Source: an uncultured delta proteobacterium
GTDB lineage: Bacteria; Myxococcota_A; Polyangia; Fen-1088
DNA length: 64,000 nucleotides
Assembly (NCBI GenBank): GCA_963796685.1
Contig: CAWCMR010000013.1
Location: 160,001 to 224,000 of the forward strand
Direction of reading: 5' to 3'
Under the pieces are notes generated by a model. The model was not told where the DNA came from. It ran no database searches and saw only the letters and a list, made by a program, of their open reading frames with translations. Below, one piece after another: positions 50,092 through 60,882 of this stretch. Made by a program: the position numbers and the translations under genes. The stretch's first letter is position 1; each line of letters begins with the position of its first letter.

Positions 50092-50733
50092 CTAGAGGCT
50101 GCGCAAACGGGCGTCGGCAAGCCCCGCTGGCGGAGCGACGTGCACCTGCCGCCCCTCCACCCTGACCTGGCCGCTGGCCATGGCACGGACCACGGCGGGG
50201 AGCAGCCGGTGCTCTTCGCCGAGGATGCGCTTGCCAAGGGACTCCTCATCGTCCCCGGGCAGCACCGGGACCGCGGCCTGGGCGATGATGGGGCCGGTGT
50301 CGGTGCCTTTGTCCACGAAGTGCACGGTGCAGCCGGCGAGCTTGACCCCGCCATCGAGTGCCTGTTTCTGCGCGTGCACGCCGGGAAAGGCGGGAAGGAG
50401 GGCAGGGTGGATGTTGATGACACGTTGGGGAAAGGCGTCGAGAAACGCGCCGGTCAGGACGCGCATGAATCCGGCCAGCACGACGAGCTCGACGTCGCGA
50501 CTGCGCAGCTCGGCGGCCAGCGCGCGGTCGAAATCCTCGCGCGCGGCAAAGGCCTTGTGCGAGAGCACGAAGGCTTGGATGCCGGCTTTCTGCGCGCGTT
50601 CGAGCGCGAGGCAGCCGGGAACGTTGGCCCCGACCACGACCAGCTCGGCGGGACTCAGTGCCCCGTTTTGCCAGGCGTCGACCAGCGCCTGCAGATTGGT
50701 CCCACTGCCCGAGGCGAGGACGCCTGTTCTCAC
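50092..50733 (-). CDS. purN: Phosphoribosylglycinamide formyltransferase
   Basis: LASGSGTNLQAL, LAGFMRVL, INIHPALLPAFPG, GCTVHFVD..TDTGPII. Confidence 0.97.
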   Translation of the reverse strand: MRTGVLASGSGTNLQALVDAWQNGALSPAELVVVGANVPGCLALERAQKAGIQAFVLSHKAFAAREDFDRALAAELRSRDVELVVLAGFMRVLTGAFLDAFPQRVINIHPALLPAFPGVHAQKQALDGGVKLAGCTVHFVDKGTDTGPIIAQAAVPVLPGDDEESLGKRILGEEHRLLPAVVRAMASGQVRVEGRQVHVAPPAGLADARLRSL

Positions 50734-51800
50734 GCGATGAACTCCACCGGCGCATCCGCTTCGTCCGAGCGTTCGACCGAGCCGATGGTGAAGACCTTCT
50801 CACCTTCGAGCTCGAGGATGGACTGGGCGGCGTCGGCGGCACCGGCCGGCACCGCGACGATCATGCCGATGCCCATGTTGAAGGTGCGGCGCATCTCCTC
50901 GGGTGCGACGCGGCCGAGGCGCGCCAGCATGGCGAACACGGGCGGCGGCTGCCACGTGCGCAGATCGATCTGCAGTTTCAGCTTGGCCCCGGCGGCGAAC
51001 ATGCGCGTGGGATTGTCGACCAGACCTCCCCCGGTGATGTGGGCCGCCCCCTTCATCAGGCCCGAGGCGGCCAGGCGGCGCAAGGCCCTGACGTAGATGC
51101 GGGTCGGGCACAGCAGCGCCTCGCCCAACGTGACTTTCAGATCGGCCGGCTTGCTGCCGAGGTCCAGGCCGGCATGGTCGAGAAACACCCGGCGCACCAG
51201 CGAATAGCCGTTGGAGTGAAAGCCGCTCGAGCCCAGGCCGAGCAGGACGTCGCCGGGTTCGAGGGTGCTGCCGCCTATGACCTTGTCCTTGTCGACCACG
51301 CCCACGCAGAAACCGGCAAGGTCGTATTCGCCTGCGGCGTAGAAGCCGGGGAACTCGGCAGTCTCTCCGCCGATGAGCGCGCAGCCGGCCTGCTTGCAGC
51401 CGTCGGCGATGCCCGAGATGACCTGCTCGGCGACCCCGACTTCCAGGTGTCCGGCCGCGAAGTAGTCGAGGAAGAGCAGGGGCTCGGCGCCGCACACGAC
51501 CAGGTCGTTGGCGTTCATCGCCACCAGGTCGATGCCCACGGTGTCGTGCTTGTTCAGCATGAATGCCAACTTGAGCTTGGTGCCCACGCCATCGGTGCAC
51601 GCCACCAGAAGCGGGTTCTTGTAGCCCTTGGGCAGTCCACACAGGCCGGCGAAGCCGCCCAGGTTGCTCAGGACCTCGGGTCGCATGGTGCGCTTGACGT
51701 GGCCCTTGATGCGCTCGACCAGGGCGTCGCCCGCGTCGATGTCGACACCCGCTTCGCGGTAGGTGAGACCCTGCTTTGGCTTGTCAGACTCGCTCGACAT
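50730..51800 (-). CDS. purM: Phosphoribosylformylglycinamidine cyclo-ligase
   Basis: TYREAGVDI, TDGVGTKL, GGETAE, SSGFHSNGYSL, HITGGG, TFNMGIG. Confidence 0.97.
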   Translation of the reverse strand: MSSESDKPKQGLTYREAGVDIDAGDALVERIKGHVKRTMRPEVLSNLGGFAGLCGLPKGYKNPLLVACTDGVGTKLKLAFMLNKHDTVGIDLVAMNANDLVVCGAEPLLFLDYFAAGHLEVGVAEQVISGIADGCKQAGCALIGGETAEFPGFYAAGEYDLAGFCVGVVDKDKVIGGSTLEPGDVLLGLGSSGFHSNGYSLVRRVFLDHAGLDLGSKPADLKVTLGEALLCPTRIYVRALRRLAASGLMKGAAHITGGGLVDNPTRMFAAGAKLKLQIDLRTWQPPPVFAMLARLGRVAPEEMRRTFNMGIGMIVAVPAGAADAAQSILELEGEKVFTIGSVERSDEADAPVEFIA

Positions 51801-51803
51801 GGC

Positions 51804-52229
51804 TTACTCCTTGCCCATCAACGTGGCCACGACGGTTCGGCTACCGCCGTCGTCGCGATGCTCGCCTAGATAAACGCCCTGCCACGTGCCGAGAAGCAGG
51901 CGCCCGTCTTTGACCGGAATGGTCAGGGACGTACCATAGATGCCGGACTTGAGGTGGGCGGGCATATCGTCCGCTCCCTCCACGGTGTGCACGAAGTAAC
52001 TGGCACCATCGGGGATTGCCCGGTCGCTCCAGTGTTCGAAGTCCCGCCGCACATCGGGGTCGGCGTTCTCGTTCAGGAAGAGCGAGGCCGAGGTGTGCTG
52101 CAGAAACAGGTTCAGGATGCCCGTGCCCGCCTTCGCGATCTCGGGTAGTGCCGCAAGGATCTCGCTCGTCACGAGGTGAAACCCGCGCGGGCGCGACTTG
52201 AGTCTGACGATGGCTTGATGGAAGATCAC
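51804..52229 (-). CDS. yjbQ: YjbQ family protein (UPF0047)
   Basis: HTSASLFLNENADPDVRRD, HTVEGADDMPAHLK, LGTWQGVYLGEHR. Confidence 0.92.
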   Translation of the reverse strand: MIFHQAIVRLKSRPRGFHLVTSEILAALPEIAKAGTGILNLFLQHTSASLFLNENADPDVRRDFEHWSDRAIPDGASYFVHTVEGADDMPAHLKSGIYGTSLTIPVKDGRLLLGTWQGVYLGEHRDDGGSRTVVATLMGKE

Positions 52230-52381
52230 GTTCGCTCGACTTTTCGCGCGTCCATGGTCACTTTGTAAAGAGAGGAGTTGGCGGGAAGAATTCGGGCCGC
52301 TCACGGGTTTTACGCATAGGATCACTCGGCCGTGCCGCCAGCGTGGCGCGGCAACAAGGGATAACCTGAAGAAGGACGACC

Positions 52382-53915
52382 ATGCGCAAGACGAGAGTGC
52401 TTTATTCCACGGGATTGGGAATCATCGTGCTGGCCGCGGGCTTGGGAATCGGCCTGCGGGCCACCTCGGGAACGGAGGCTCAGACCCAGGGAGCCATCAC
52501 GCCCAAGACCCAGGTGCCGCAGGAAGCCCGCTCGCTGTCGCAGGCGTTCGCCAGCACGGCGCGGGCTCTGCGGCCCAGCGTGGTGCGGCTCGACATCGTG
52601 ATGGAGGCCCCGAAGGTAAGCGGCGGCCGGCGTTTTCGCAGCGACGATGTCCCGCCCGAGATGGAGCACTTCTTCGAGCACTTCTTCGGCGGCGGCGGAG
52701 GAGAAGGGTTTCCCATGCCTTCGACGCCGGGCCGAGGCACCGGCTCCGGCGTGGTGCTCGACAGCAAGGGGGACATCATCACCAACAGCCACGTGGCGGA
52801 GCACGCGGCCAAGGTCACCGTGACTTTCGCCGATGGGCGTGAGTTCCAGGCCAAGGTCGTGGGCACCGATCCCAAGACCGATATCGCCGTGGTACGCATC
52901 GAGAACCCGCCCAAGGGATTGGTGGCGGCTCGCCTCGGCGATTCGAGCAAGCTCGAAGTCGGCGAATGGGTGCTCGCCATCGGCAGCCCGCTCGGTCTCG
53001 ATCAAAGCGTCACGGCCGGCATCATCAGCGGCATGGGGAAGGTCACGCGCAACGTCCATATGTCCGGCGAGCGCGTGCGCAAGTACATTCAGACCGACGC
53101 CAAGATCAATCCCGGCAACTCGGGTGGTCCGCTGGTCAATCTGCAAGGGGAGGTCATCGGCATCAACACGCTGATCAATGTCGGTCCGGGCGGCGCCTAT
53201 GGCTTCGCCATTCCCATCGATCAGGCGCGCGAGATGGCCATGGATATCATCGCCGATGGTCGGGTTCACCATGCGTGGATGGGCGTGGCCATCGGCGATA
53301 TCAAGGATGGGGTCCGGCTTAGTGACGACGGCGAGCCGGAACAGCAGGCGAAGCCCGGCAAGGGGATGCCTGCCAAGGCGGCCTGGGTTAGCCGCGTGAT
53401 GCCGAACAGCCCGGCCGACAAGGCCGGTATCCGCGTGGGCGACGTGATCACGCAGATCGACGGGCAGAAGGTCGAGAGCGCGACCGATGTGGTCGACTAC
53501 GTGGCCGGCAAGAAGGTCGGCGCGAAGTTGACGGTTTCCCTGCTCCGCGACGGCAAATCGTCCAAGGCGCAGGCTGACCTTGGGCGAGCTTCCGGCCAAC
53601 CCGTACGCGCTCGAGGAGCCCCGGGTTACCAAGGAGAAGATCGGCGCTCAACTGCAGACCTTGACCCCCGAGATGGCAAGCGCGCTTGGACTCGCGCCCG
53701 ATGCCAAGGGCGCGGTCGTGACCGATGTGGAGCCGAATAGCGTCGCGGCCAAGGCGGGACTGCAGCCCGAGGATCTCATCGTCGAGGTCGACCGCAAGCC
53801 GGTCGCCGGGGCCGATGAGGCCGCAGCAGCGCTGCACGCGAGCGGCAAGACCACACACCTGCTCAAGATTCATCGTGGCGGAGCCTATCTCTTCGTGACG
53901 GTGGGCAAGCCGTAG
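52382..53915 (+). CDS. HtrA/DegP serine protease with two PDZ domains; +1 frameshift near 53580
   Basis: GSGVV..IITNSHV, KTDIAV, IQTDAKINPGNSGGPL, PDZ1; PDZ2 is in ORF 53580-53915. Confidence 0.9.
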
Positions 53916-53939
53916 CCGCCGGCACCGAAGGGCCACCCG

Positions 53940-55391
53940 TCAGCGTGGAACGCTACCGGATGGGCCGCCGTCGCTCGGCTGCAGGGAGGCCGGCGGCGAT
54001 TTGGGCAGATCGAGCGTGAAGATCACGCGGGCGTCGGCCCAAGTCGAAATGCCCAACGTTCCTCCCATCATGCGCACGATCTCGCGGGCCGGCCAAAGTT
54101 GGACCGCCAACCGCTCGTAATCGGACTCGCCCGACGGCCCGTAGGCCAGCGTGCGCACGCGCTCGCCGCTGTCGGACAGCGAGGGCGCATGGGGCAGGGT
54201 GAATTCGAGGCGAACACGCGCGAATTGTCGCAAATCGTCGAGGCGTAAACGGACGCGGGCATCGTAGCCTTGCTCGCGCGCGGTTCGAATCAACGAATAG
54301 AACAGCCGGGTGAGGCGTAAACGGTCCCAGGTGCCGACGATGCGCGCGGCGCCTTCCAGGGTCACCTCGACTTGGTCGCCTGCTTGGTCTTCGCATAGCT
54401 CGCCGATGGCGACGCGTGCCACCTCGACGAGGTTGAGGTCCTCGGGGCGCAGGACGACTTGCATCTGAAGAAAGGCGGCGATTTCGTCCAGGCCGCGCGA
54501 AAGCCTGGATACGGCGGCAAGATGTTCGTCGCAAGTTTCCAGCTCGGCATGGCATGGCTCGAAGCGCGGGTCCTTGGCCAGCTCGTCGAGCCGGGAGCAC
54601 ATGGCGGGGATGGGGCGGGCGAGCCAACGCGCCGCGGTGATGACGAGGCGATCACGTGCCTCGACGGCGCGGCTGAGCATCGCGATCTGTTGCCGTTGCT
54701 CGGCATCGCGCCTGCTTGCGCGCGAGCTTTCCAGGATCAAGGCCGCGCTCTCGGCCTCGAGAAGGTCGTGGGCGGTGGCGGACTCGAGAATCGTGGTGGC
54801 CATCCAGGCCGCTCGCTTGCCCGCGTGCTTGAAGTAGGGGTTCGCGCAGAGACGTCCGGCGATGATGGCGACCTCGTGGGTGGCCAGCGCAACCTCCAAC
54901 AAGGCCGGGTCGTCCGCGTTCTGCTCGAAAGTGCACAAGCAGGTTGCGTGAAGGTCTTCGCAGACTCGGGTCAACACATTCTCGATCGCCTCGAGTTGCC
55001 CACGCTCAACCGTCGATCGGACCTTGGTGCCGGGGTCGCTGGCGATGCGCAGCCCTACGTAGCCGTCCGTGCGCGCCGAAGCGACAGCGGCTTGCATCGC
55101 GGCAGTGTAGGCGCCTTCGCTCGATTGGGGCGGTGGAACCTGCGCGACATCGACCAGGACCAGCGAGCCGCGCTCGCGCAGCACCGACACGGGAACGCCT
55201 CTGCGCTCGAGATGCGGCGCCAGCGTTGCGAAACCCGCGTCCTGTCCCCAGTAAATGCAGCGCTCGCCGCGCACAAGCCCATCGTGGATGAACCCCGCAA
55301 CGATCCCGTGCCTCTCTTCCTCGAGCGCGTAGGGCAAGCAGACGTGACCACCTGACTTCAATGACAGGAAGTCATTTGGCGCTCCACTCAT
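53940..55391 (-). CDS. MEDS sensor domain fused to a degenerate histidine kinase module
   Basis: GHVCLPY...FIHDGLVRGERCIY...THEVAII..RLCANPYF; HisKA-like RDRLVITAARWLARP and GTWDRLRLTRLFYSLI lack H, N and G box residues. Confidence 0.75.
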   Translation of the reverse strand: MSGAPNDFLSLKSGGHVCLPYALEEERHGIVAGFIHDGLVRGERCIYWGQDAGFATLAPHLERRGVPVSVLRERGSLVLVDVAQVPPPQSSEGAYTAAMQAAVASARTDGYVGLRIASDPGTKVRSTVERGQLEAIENVLTRVCEDLHATCLCTFEQNADDPALLEVALATHEVAIIAGRLCANPYFKHAGKRAAWMATTILESATAHDLLEAESAALILESSRASRRDAEQRQQIAMLSRAVEARDRLVITAARWLARPIPAMCSRLDELAKDPRFEPCHAELETCDEHLAAVSRLSRGLDEIAAFLQMQVVLRPEDLNLVEVARVAIGELCEDQAGDQVEVTLEGAARIVGTWDRLRLTRLFYSLIRTAREQGYDARVRLRLDDLRQFARVRLEFTLPHAPSLSDSGERVRTLAYGPSGESDYERLAVQLWPAREIVRMMGGTLGISTWADARVIFTLDLPKSPPASLQPSDGGPSGSVPR

Positions 55392-55520
55392 CCTCTCTCC
55401 CAAATTCCGCGCATGGCGCAAACACCCAAGCCGCTGAAAGTCAGCAGGGCAATGACCCCACCAATCAGAGGATTATCACTGAATGCTCGGACCCCGGTCA
55501 ATAGAGGACTGAGGAGGTTC

Positions 55521-56087
55521 CTATGTGTGGACTTGATCGACCGGCGGCGAACGGCGTGTGTCGCCGATGGCCTTGAAGGCGGATGGTACGTCGATGAGGG
55601 TCAGGCGTTCAAGCCATGCGCCGCCCGGCTGTTCGCTCTTTTCGAGGGCGTCCAAGAAGCATCGTACGGCGCGGTCGGGCCGAATGAGGTCGACGTCGCG
55701 GCCGGGAAGGGCCATGGCCACGCTGCTGGCTCCGATGCCACGCAGGGCTTGCAAGCTGCAATCGACGGTGGCGCGGAATGCGTCTTCGTCAAACGCGGTG
55801 CTCAGTCCAGCACCGACGGCGAGCACGCGGCGCCAAGGAACTCGACTGGTGACGAGGAGCAGCTTTTCGCAGGGAGCTCCCGACACGCGGCCATCGCGGA
55901 TCATCTGCGAGAGTCGCCCACAAAGTCGCCAGTCCAGGAGTCCCGCCGCTCCGCGCAGAGGACGAACGTCGCTCCACACAGGTACCACCAGGGCATCGCC
56001 GCCCGGACCGCGATCCCAGCGGGACAGGTCGACTGGCAGAAAAGCGATGGGGGGCGTCGAACCCGGCATGAGCGCGTTCCTTGCCAC
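55521..56087 (-). CDS. M17 aminopeptidase N-terminal-domain protein
   Basis: DVRPLRGAAGLLDWRLCGRLS...EKLLL...VLAVGAG. Confidence 0.75.
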   Translation of the reverse strand: MARNALMPGSTPPIAFLPVDLSRWDRGPGGDALVVPVWSDVRPLRGAAGLLDWRLCGRLSQMIRDGRVSGAPCEKLLLVTSRVPWRRVLAVGAGLSTAFDEDAFRATVDCSLQALRGIGASSVAMALPGRDVDLIRPDRAVRCFLDALEKSEQPGGAWLERLTLIDVPSAFKAIGDTRRSPPVDQVHT

Positions 56088-56090
56088 AGA

Positions 56091-56582
56091 CTAGGGATGT
56101 TGGCCCAGGAGCTCCAGCGCGGAATCGAGCAGACCGTTGACGAAGGCGGGGGCCTCTTCGGCGCCGAAGCGCTTGGCCAGCTCGATGGCTTCGCTCAAGG
56201 CGACGCGGGCCGGGGTTTCCTTGCGGTGGCCGAGCTCGTAGATCCCCATGCGAAGGATGGTGCGATCCACGCGGGCCAGGCGCTCGACGCGCCACTTGCG
56301 CGACAGCTTGGCCAGCATCTCGTCGATCTCGGTCCGATGCGCACACACGCCACGAATGAGATCGATGGTCAGCTCTTCATCGAAGGGCGCGACGGGGGCG
56401 GCGTCGTGCCCGATGGCGGCGTAGCTCGAAACCGGCTCGGGCGTGAGGTCGGTTTCTTCCTCCGGCACGCCGAACTGGTGCAGGTGCGAGGCCAGCGCTG
56501 CGGCCGGATCGAGCACGTCGGTGCCGTCCAGGGCATACAGCACCTGCAGGGCGACGCATCGGGCGCGGCGGCGTGGGGTCAT
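56091..56582 (-). CDS. nusB: Transcription antitermination factor NusB
   Basis: RRRARCVALQVLY, WRVERLARVDRTILRMG.YEL, EAIELAKRFG, FVNGLLD. Confidence 0.95.
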   Translation of the reverse strand: MTPRRRARCVALQVLYALDGTDVLDPAAALASHLHQFGVPEEETDLTPEPVSSYAAIGHDAAPVAPFDEELTIDLIRGVCAHRTEIDEMLAKLSRKWRVERLARVDRTILRMGIYELGHRKETPARVALSEAIELAKRFGAEEAPAFVNGLLDSALELLGQHP

Positions 56583-57103
56583 TTCCCTTTGGACTTTTTC
56601 GCGTTGGTCGCGGCTGGCGCTTCGCCCTTGCTGTCGCCATCGAGCGCGGAATAGAGGTTTGCCATCTCGATGGCCGCCATGGTCGCGTCAGAGCCGCGAT
56701 TGCCGCCCTTGCTGCCCGATCGCTCGATGGCTTGCTCGATGCTGTCGCAGGTGAGCACGCCAAAGCCGATCGCCAGCTTCGCCTCGGACGCGATGCCGGC
56801 GATGCCGCGCGTGACCTGGTTGACGATGACGTCGAAGTGCGGAGTCGCGCCACGGATGACCACCCCCAGGCATACCAAGGCATCGAATTTGCCCGAGTCG
56901 GCGACCTTGCGGGCGAGCCCGGTCAGCTCGAACGCCCCGGGGCAGCGGAAGACCTCGATGGCGTCGTCCTCGGCTCCGGTCTTGGCCAGGGCATCCAGCG
57001 CGCCTTCGATGAGCTTGTCCGCGATGAACTCGTTCCAGCGTGAAGCGATGATGGCGAACCGCTTGCCCTTGGCGCTCCAGGTACCTTGATGGATGTGCGG
57101 CAT
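56579..57103 (-). CDS. ribH: 6,7-dimethyl-8-ribityllumazine synthase
   Basis: ASRWNEFI, PGAFEL, LGVVIRGATPHFD, FGVLT, QAIERSGSKGGNRG. Confidence 0.96.
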   Translation of the reverse strand: MPHIHQGTWSAKGKRFAIIASRWNEFIADKLIEGALDALAKTGAEDDAIEVFRCPGAFELTGLARKVADSGKFDALVCLGVVIRGATPHFDVIVNQVTRGIAGIASEAKLAIGFGVLTCDSIEQAIERSGSKGGNRGSDATMAAIEMANLYSALDGDSKGEAPAATNAKKSKGK

Positions 57104-58257
57104 TACTTGGCCTCTCTTTCATGGAGCGAAACCACCCCGGAGGGTGGGCCGCTTGGGACGCATTCCACAACGTGTATACCGTAACCCTCGATCCCCGCCA
57201 GTCTTCGCGGGTTGTTGGTGAGCAAACGGATTGATCGGATGCCCATTTGCACCAGGACCTGCGATCCCAGTCCGATGTCGCGCAGGGGGGCGTCGGTCGG
57301 TCCCGCCGCGACGGACACTTCGCCAAGCTCGGAGGCGAACGAATGGCCGCCCCGAGGCAGAATGTAGAGCATCACCCCTCGACCCTCGCGCTCGATGCGC
57401 TTCAGCCAGTCGGTGGCCGGCACCGTGTCCCCAGGATGGGTAAAGGAAAAGAGATCGCGCAGCAGGCTTGCAACCTGCACGCGTACGAGAACCGCGTCGC
57501 CCGTCGTCGCATCGCCCAGCGAGAGCGCCAGGTACTCGGCATCGTCGACCTCGCTGGCGAAAAGGGTGGCCTTGTACGTGCCTTGAAGTCCATGCCCATG
57601 CGGCTTGATCTCGGTTTCGGCCACGCGGCGCACGAGCACCTCTTGCGCCAACCGGTACTGGATGAGATCCGCGATTTGCACGATGCCGAGCCCATGGCGA
57701 ACGGCAAACGCCTCGAGATCCGCCACGCGTGCCATCTCGCCATCCTCGCGCATGATCTCGCAGATGACTCCGGCCGCGGTTCGGCCCGCCAGACGGGCCA
57801 GATCCACGGCGCCCTCGGTGTGTCCCGAGCGCACGAGAACGCCGCCGCGCTTGGCCCGCAACGGGAAGATGTGTCCGGGCGTGACCAGATCTTCCGATTT
57901 GGTCTCGGGCGAGACGGCGACGCGGACGGTGTGCGCGCGCTCGCGGGCCGAGATGCCGGTGCTGATGCCCGTCTTGGCGTCGATGCTGACCGTGAAGGCG
58001 GTCCCGTGGGGCGAGCGATTGTCGTGGGTCATCATGGGCAGGCGCAGCTCCTCGACCCGCTCTTCGGTGAGCGCCAAGCAGATGAGCCCACGGCCCTGGC
58101 CGGCCATGAAGTTGATGGCCTCGGGGGTGACCAGATCCGCGGCCATGGTGAGGTCGCCTTCGTTCTCCCGATCCTGGTCGTCGACGACGATGACCAACTT
58201 GCCGGCGCGGATGTGTTCGATGGCCTGGGGCACGGAGATGTGGGGACTAGCGGGCAT
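57103..58257 (-). CDS. ribB: DHBP synthase fused to a degenerate GTP cyclohydrolase II domain
   Basis: [40 protein letters not shown]; C-domain keeps [16 protein letters not shown] but lacks the Zn cysteines. Confidence 0.92.
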   Translation of the reverse strand: MPASPHISVPQAIEHIRAGKLVIVVDDQDRENEGDLTMAADLVTPEAINFMAGQGRGLICLALTEERVEELRLPMMTHDNRSPHGTAFTVSIDAKTGISTGISARERAHTVRVAVSPETKSEDLVTPGHIFPLRAKRGGVLVRSGHTEGAVDLARLAGRTAAGVICEIMREDGEMARVADLEAFAVRHGLGIVQIADLIQYRLAQEVLVRRVAETEIKPHGHGLQGTYKATLFASEVDDAEYLALSLGDATTGDAVLVRVQVASLLRDLFSFTHPGDTVPATDWLKRIEREGRGVMLYILPRGGHSFASELGEVSVAAGPTDAPLRDIGLGSQVLVQMGIRSIRLLTNNPRRLAGIEGYGIHVVECVPSGPPSGVVSLHEREAK

Positions 58258-58858
58258 GGATCCTTTCGACGAAGCGGGCGACTTGCTTGGCGATCATGTC
58301 GGCTTCGAGATTGACACGGCTGCCGGCGCGAAGCTCGCCGAGGAGTGTGACTGCAAGGGTGTGGGGAATGAGGAGAACCTCGAACGAGGAACCCTGGACC
58401 TGGTTCAGGGTCAGACTCACGCCATCGATGGCGATGGAGCCCTTCTTGAAAAGATAGGTCGCGAGCTCGTCGGGCGCGGCCACGCGCAGGGCGAGGGTGT
58501 CGGCTTGCTTGCGCGCGCTCTCGACGCGGCCGGTGCCGTCGACGTGGCCGCTGACCATGTGGCCACCCACGGAATCGCCCAGGCGTAACGCCGGTTCGAG
58601 GTGCACGCGGCTGCCGGGGCCAAGAGCGCCCAAGGTTGTACAGGCGAGGGTTTCGGGGCCGAGGTCGGCCTGGAACGTCGACGGGCGTCCCGCTCGACGG
58701 GCCACGATGGTCAGGCACGCGCCGTTGACCGCGATGCTGGCGCCGAGGGGCAGCTTGCCGACTTCCAAGGCGGTCTTCACCGTCAATCGGCGCGTCCCGC
58801 CCGCGCTTGCACGCAACGACTCGACCTTGCCCAATCCTTCGACGATGCCGGTAAACAC
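58247..58858 (-). CDS. ribE: Riboflavin synthase
   Basis: [42 protein letters not shown]. Confidence 0.96.
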   Translation of the reverse strand: MFTGIVEGLGKVESLRASAGGTRRLTVKTALEVGKLPLGASIAVNGACLTIVARRAGRPSTFQADLGPETLACTTLGALGPGSRVHLEPALRLGDSVGGHMVSGHVDGTGRVESARKQADTLALRVAAPDELATYLFKKGSIAIDGVSLTLNQVQGSSFEVLLIPHTLAVTLLGELRAGSRVNLEADMIAKQVARFVERIHAR

Positions 58859-58890
58859 GTTGTAAAGCCTGATTCAATTCGCTGCGGTTG

Positions 58891-60063
58891 CTATGGACGA
58901 CGACGCCTGCCACGGGTGATGACGTCCGCAGTGAGCAGGACGTCCTCGCCCAGCGCACGAACCGAGATGGGACCGAGCGCGGCTGGCTTGCGCCAGTCGA
59001 GGCCCCGGCCTTCTACGATGGGGACGCCGGATCCCACAAGGCGCGGCGCGAGAAACAGGGCCACCGAATCCACCAGGCCGTCGGCGATGAAAGCACCGTG
59101 GACTTGGCTGCCACCTTCGACCAAGAGGGATTGAACTTCGCGCGTCGCCAACTGCCGCAGCAGCGCGGACAGCAGCACCCGACCGTCGCGCGCGGCGGGG
59201 GCAAACCAGACCTCGGCGCCGGCCGCTTCGAGCTTCCGTTGACGGGCAAGCAAGCCGCGATCGGCCTTGCGTGGTTTGGCCGCCCTGGCCGCGACCACGA
59301 GCGGGGCCTTGGTTCTCGCCTCGCCGAACAATTCCGCCGTCGGGGGCGTGCGTAGGTGGCTGTCGAGGACGATGCGCAGGGGCTTCCTGCCTTTCGTTGG
59401 ACCGGCCAGACGAACCGTGAGGCGCGGGTCGTCGGCAAGGATGGTCCCCACGCCGACGAGGACGGCGTCGTGTTGCGCTCGCAGCGCATGGGCCATCGCG
59501 CGCGCCGCGCGGCCCGTGATCCATCGCTCGCTTCCGGTGCGCTGCTTTTCCCGTCCGTCGCCGATGCATCCGTCGAGGGTGGACGCAACCTTCAGGGTGA
59601 CCCACGGTCGCCGATTGCGGATCCAGGAGAAGAAGGCGCGGTTTTGTTGCCGGCACTGCTCCTTGAGGCAGCCGGCATCGACCCGCAGGCCCGCCCGGCG
59701 CAGGAGCGCGATGCCACGCCCGCTGACGAGCGGGTTCTCGTCGCAGCAGCCGACCACCACCCGATGGACTCCGGAGCGCAAGATGGTCTCGGTGCACGGA
59801 GGCGTGCGGCCGCGGTGGCAGCACGGTTCCAGGGTCACGTACAGGGTGGCTCCCGGCGCTCGCATGCCGAGCTGGGCGAGGGCTTCGATCTCCGCATGCG
59901 GCAGGCCGGCCTTGCGATGAAAGCCCCGCGCCAGCACCTTGCCGCCTTGGACGACAAGGGCACCCACCACCGGGTTCGGCTTGGTCGCGCCTCGTCCGAG
60001 CTCGGCCAGGCGCATGGCCTGCCCCATGAAGCGCCGATCGGCCTCGCTGAATCGCTCTTTCAC
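58891..60063 (-). CDS. ribD: Riboflavin biosynthesis deaminase/reductase
   Basis: PNPVVGA, PHAE, YVTLEPCCH.GRTPPC, LKVASTLDG, LLVEGG; GTGA overlap with nrdR. Confidence 0.95.
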   Translation of the reverse strand: MKERFSEADRRFMGQAMRLAELGRGATKPNPVVGALVVQGGKVLARGFHRKAGLPHAEIEALAQLGMRAPGATLYVTLEPCCHRGRTPPCTETILRSGVHRVVVGCCDENPLVSGRGIALLRRAGLRVDAGCLKEQCRQQNRAFFSWIRNRRPWVTLKVASTLDGCIGDGREKQRTGSERWITGRAARAMAHALRAQHDAVLVGVGTILADDPRLTVRLAGPTKGRKPLRIVLDSHLRTPPTAELFGEARTKAPLVVAARAAKPRKADRGLLARQRKLEAAGAEVWFAPAARDGRVLLSALLRQLATREVQSLLVEGGSQVHGAFIADGLVDSVALFLAPRLVGSGVPIVEGRGLDWRKPAALGPISVRALGEDVLLTADVITRGRRRRP

Positions 60064-60527
60064 GAGCCCTCCGTCTTGGACCGAATGAGTCGCTGCACCT
60101 CGTGCATGATCTCGCCCGCGTCCTTGAAGGGAAGGTAGACCGAGGCGAAGCGCAGGTACGCGACGTCGTCGATATCGCGCAGGCGCGACAGCACCGCATC
60201 GCCGATCTGCGACGAGGGAATTTCCTTGTCGCCGAGCTCGCGCAGGCTGCGCTCGATCTCGTCCGCGACTTGGTCGATGCGTGCCGCGGAGACCGGGCGC
60301 TTGTCGCAGGCTTTGTGCAGGCCGCTCAGGACCTTCCCCCGATCGTAGGGTTCGCGCCGCGAATCCTTCTTTACGATCATGGGCAGGGCTTCTTCCACGC
60401 GCTCGTAGGTCGTGAACCGCCGACCGCAGCCGATGCACTCGCGGCGACGGCGAATCATTTGCTCGTCTTCGGACGGTCGTGTGTCGACGACTTTGTCTTC
60501 GGTTGCTGAGCAGAAGGGACAGCGCAT
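60060..60527 (-). CDS. nrdR: Transcriptional repressor NrdR
   Basis: MRCPFC...VVDTR...IRRRRECIGCGRRFTTYE, ATP cone, VAYLRFASVY. Confidence 0.97.
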   Translation of the reverse strand: MRCPFCSATEDKVVDTRPSEDEQMIRRRRECIGCGRRFTTYERVEEALPMIVKKDSRREPYDRGKVLSGLHKACDKRPVSAARIDQVADEIERSLRELGDKEIPSSQIGDAVLSRLRDIDDVAYLRFASVYLPFKDAGEIMHEVQRLIRSKTEGS

Positions 60528-60773
60528 GGCGATGCTTCCGTGGCTTTCTATCACCAAGCTTCGCGAACCGCGCGCCACTCATTCAGTGCGATGTGTCAAT
60601 CAACGTGGATCGGCAATTGTCAACTGTGCCGATTGTTTTCGTTTTCACTATTACAATCGAGACAATCATTGATGTGTGATCTCCGTCGCACATGAGGCAG
60701 TTGCAATGAAGTTATGCGTTATATATCTTGTTTGTGCCGAATATTCCTTCAGTTGCTGCAATGCTCGCGATGC

Positions 60774-60801
60774 TTGACAGAGACCTGAAGAAACGTACTC
60801 T
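60774..60801 (+). promoter_or_regulatory. Sigma70-type promoter of the cold-shock gene
   Basis: TTGACA-N16-TACTCT about 80 bp upstream of an AGGAGG-led ATG. Confidence 0.55.
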
Positions 60802-60882
60802 GACCTCGCGGGCGCCTCAGACAATTCCGTTGGGGCGCGGCGTAATCAGGACAGACAGACAGTTCGTAGCAGGAGGTAGTGC

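Noticed and set aside
58891-60582. NrdR-RibD fusion suggested by the 563-aa ORF
   Set aside because: nrdR is in a different frame and ends at a GTGA overlap with the true ribD start at 60063.
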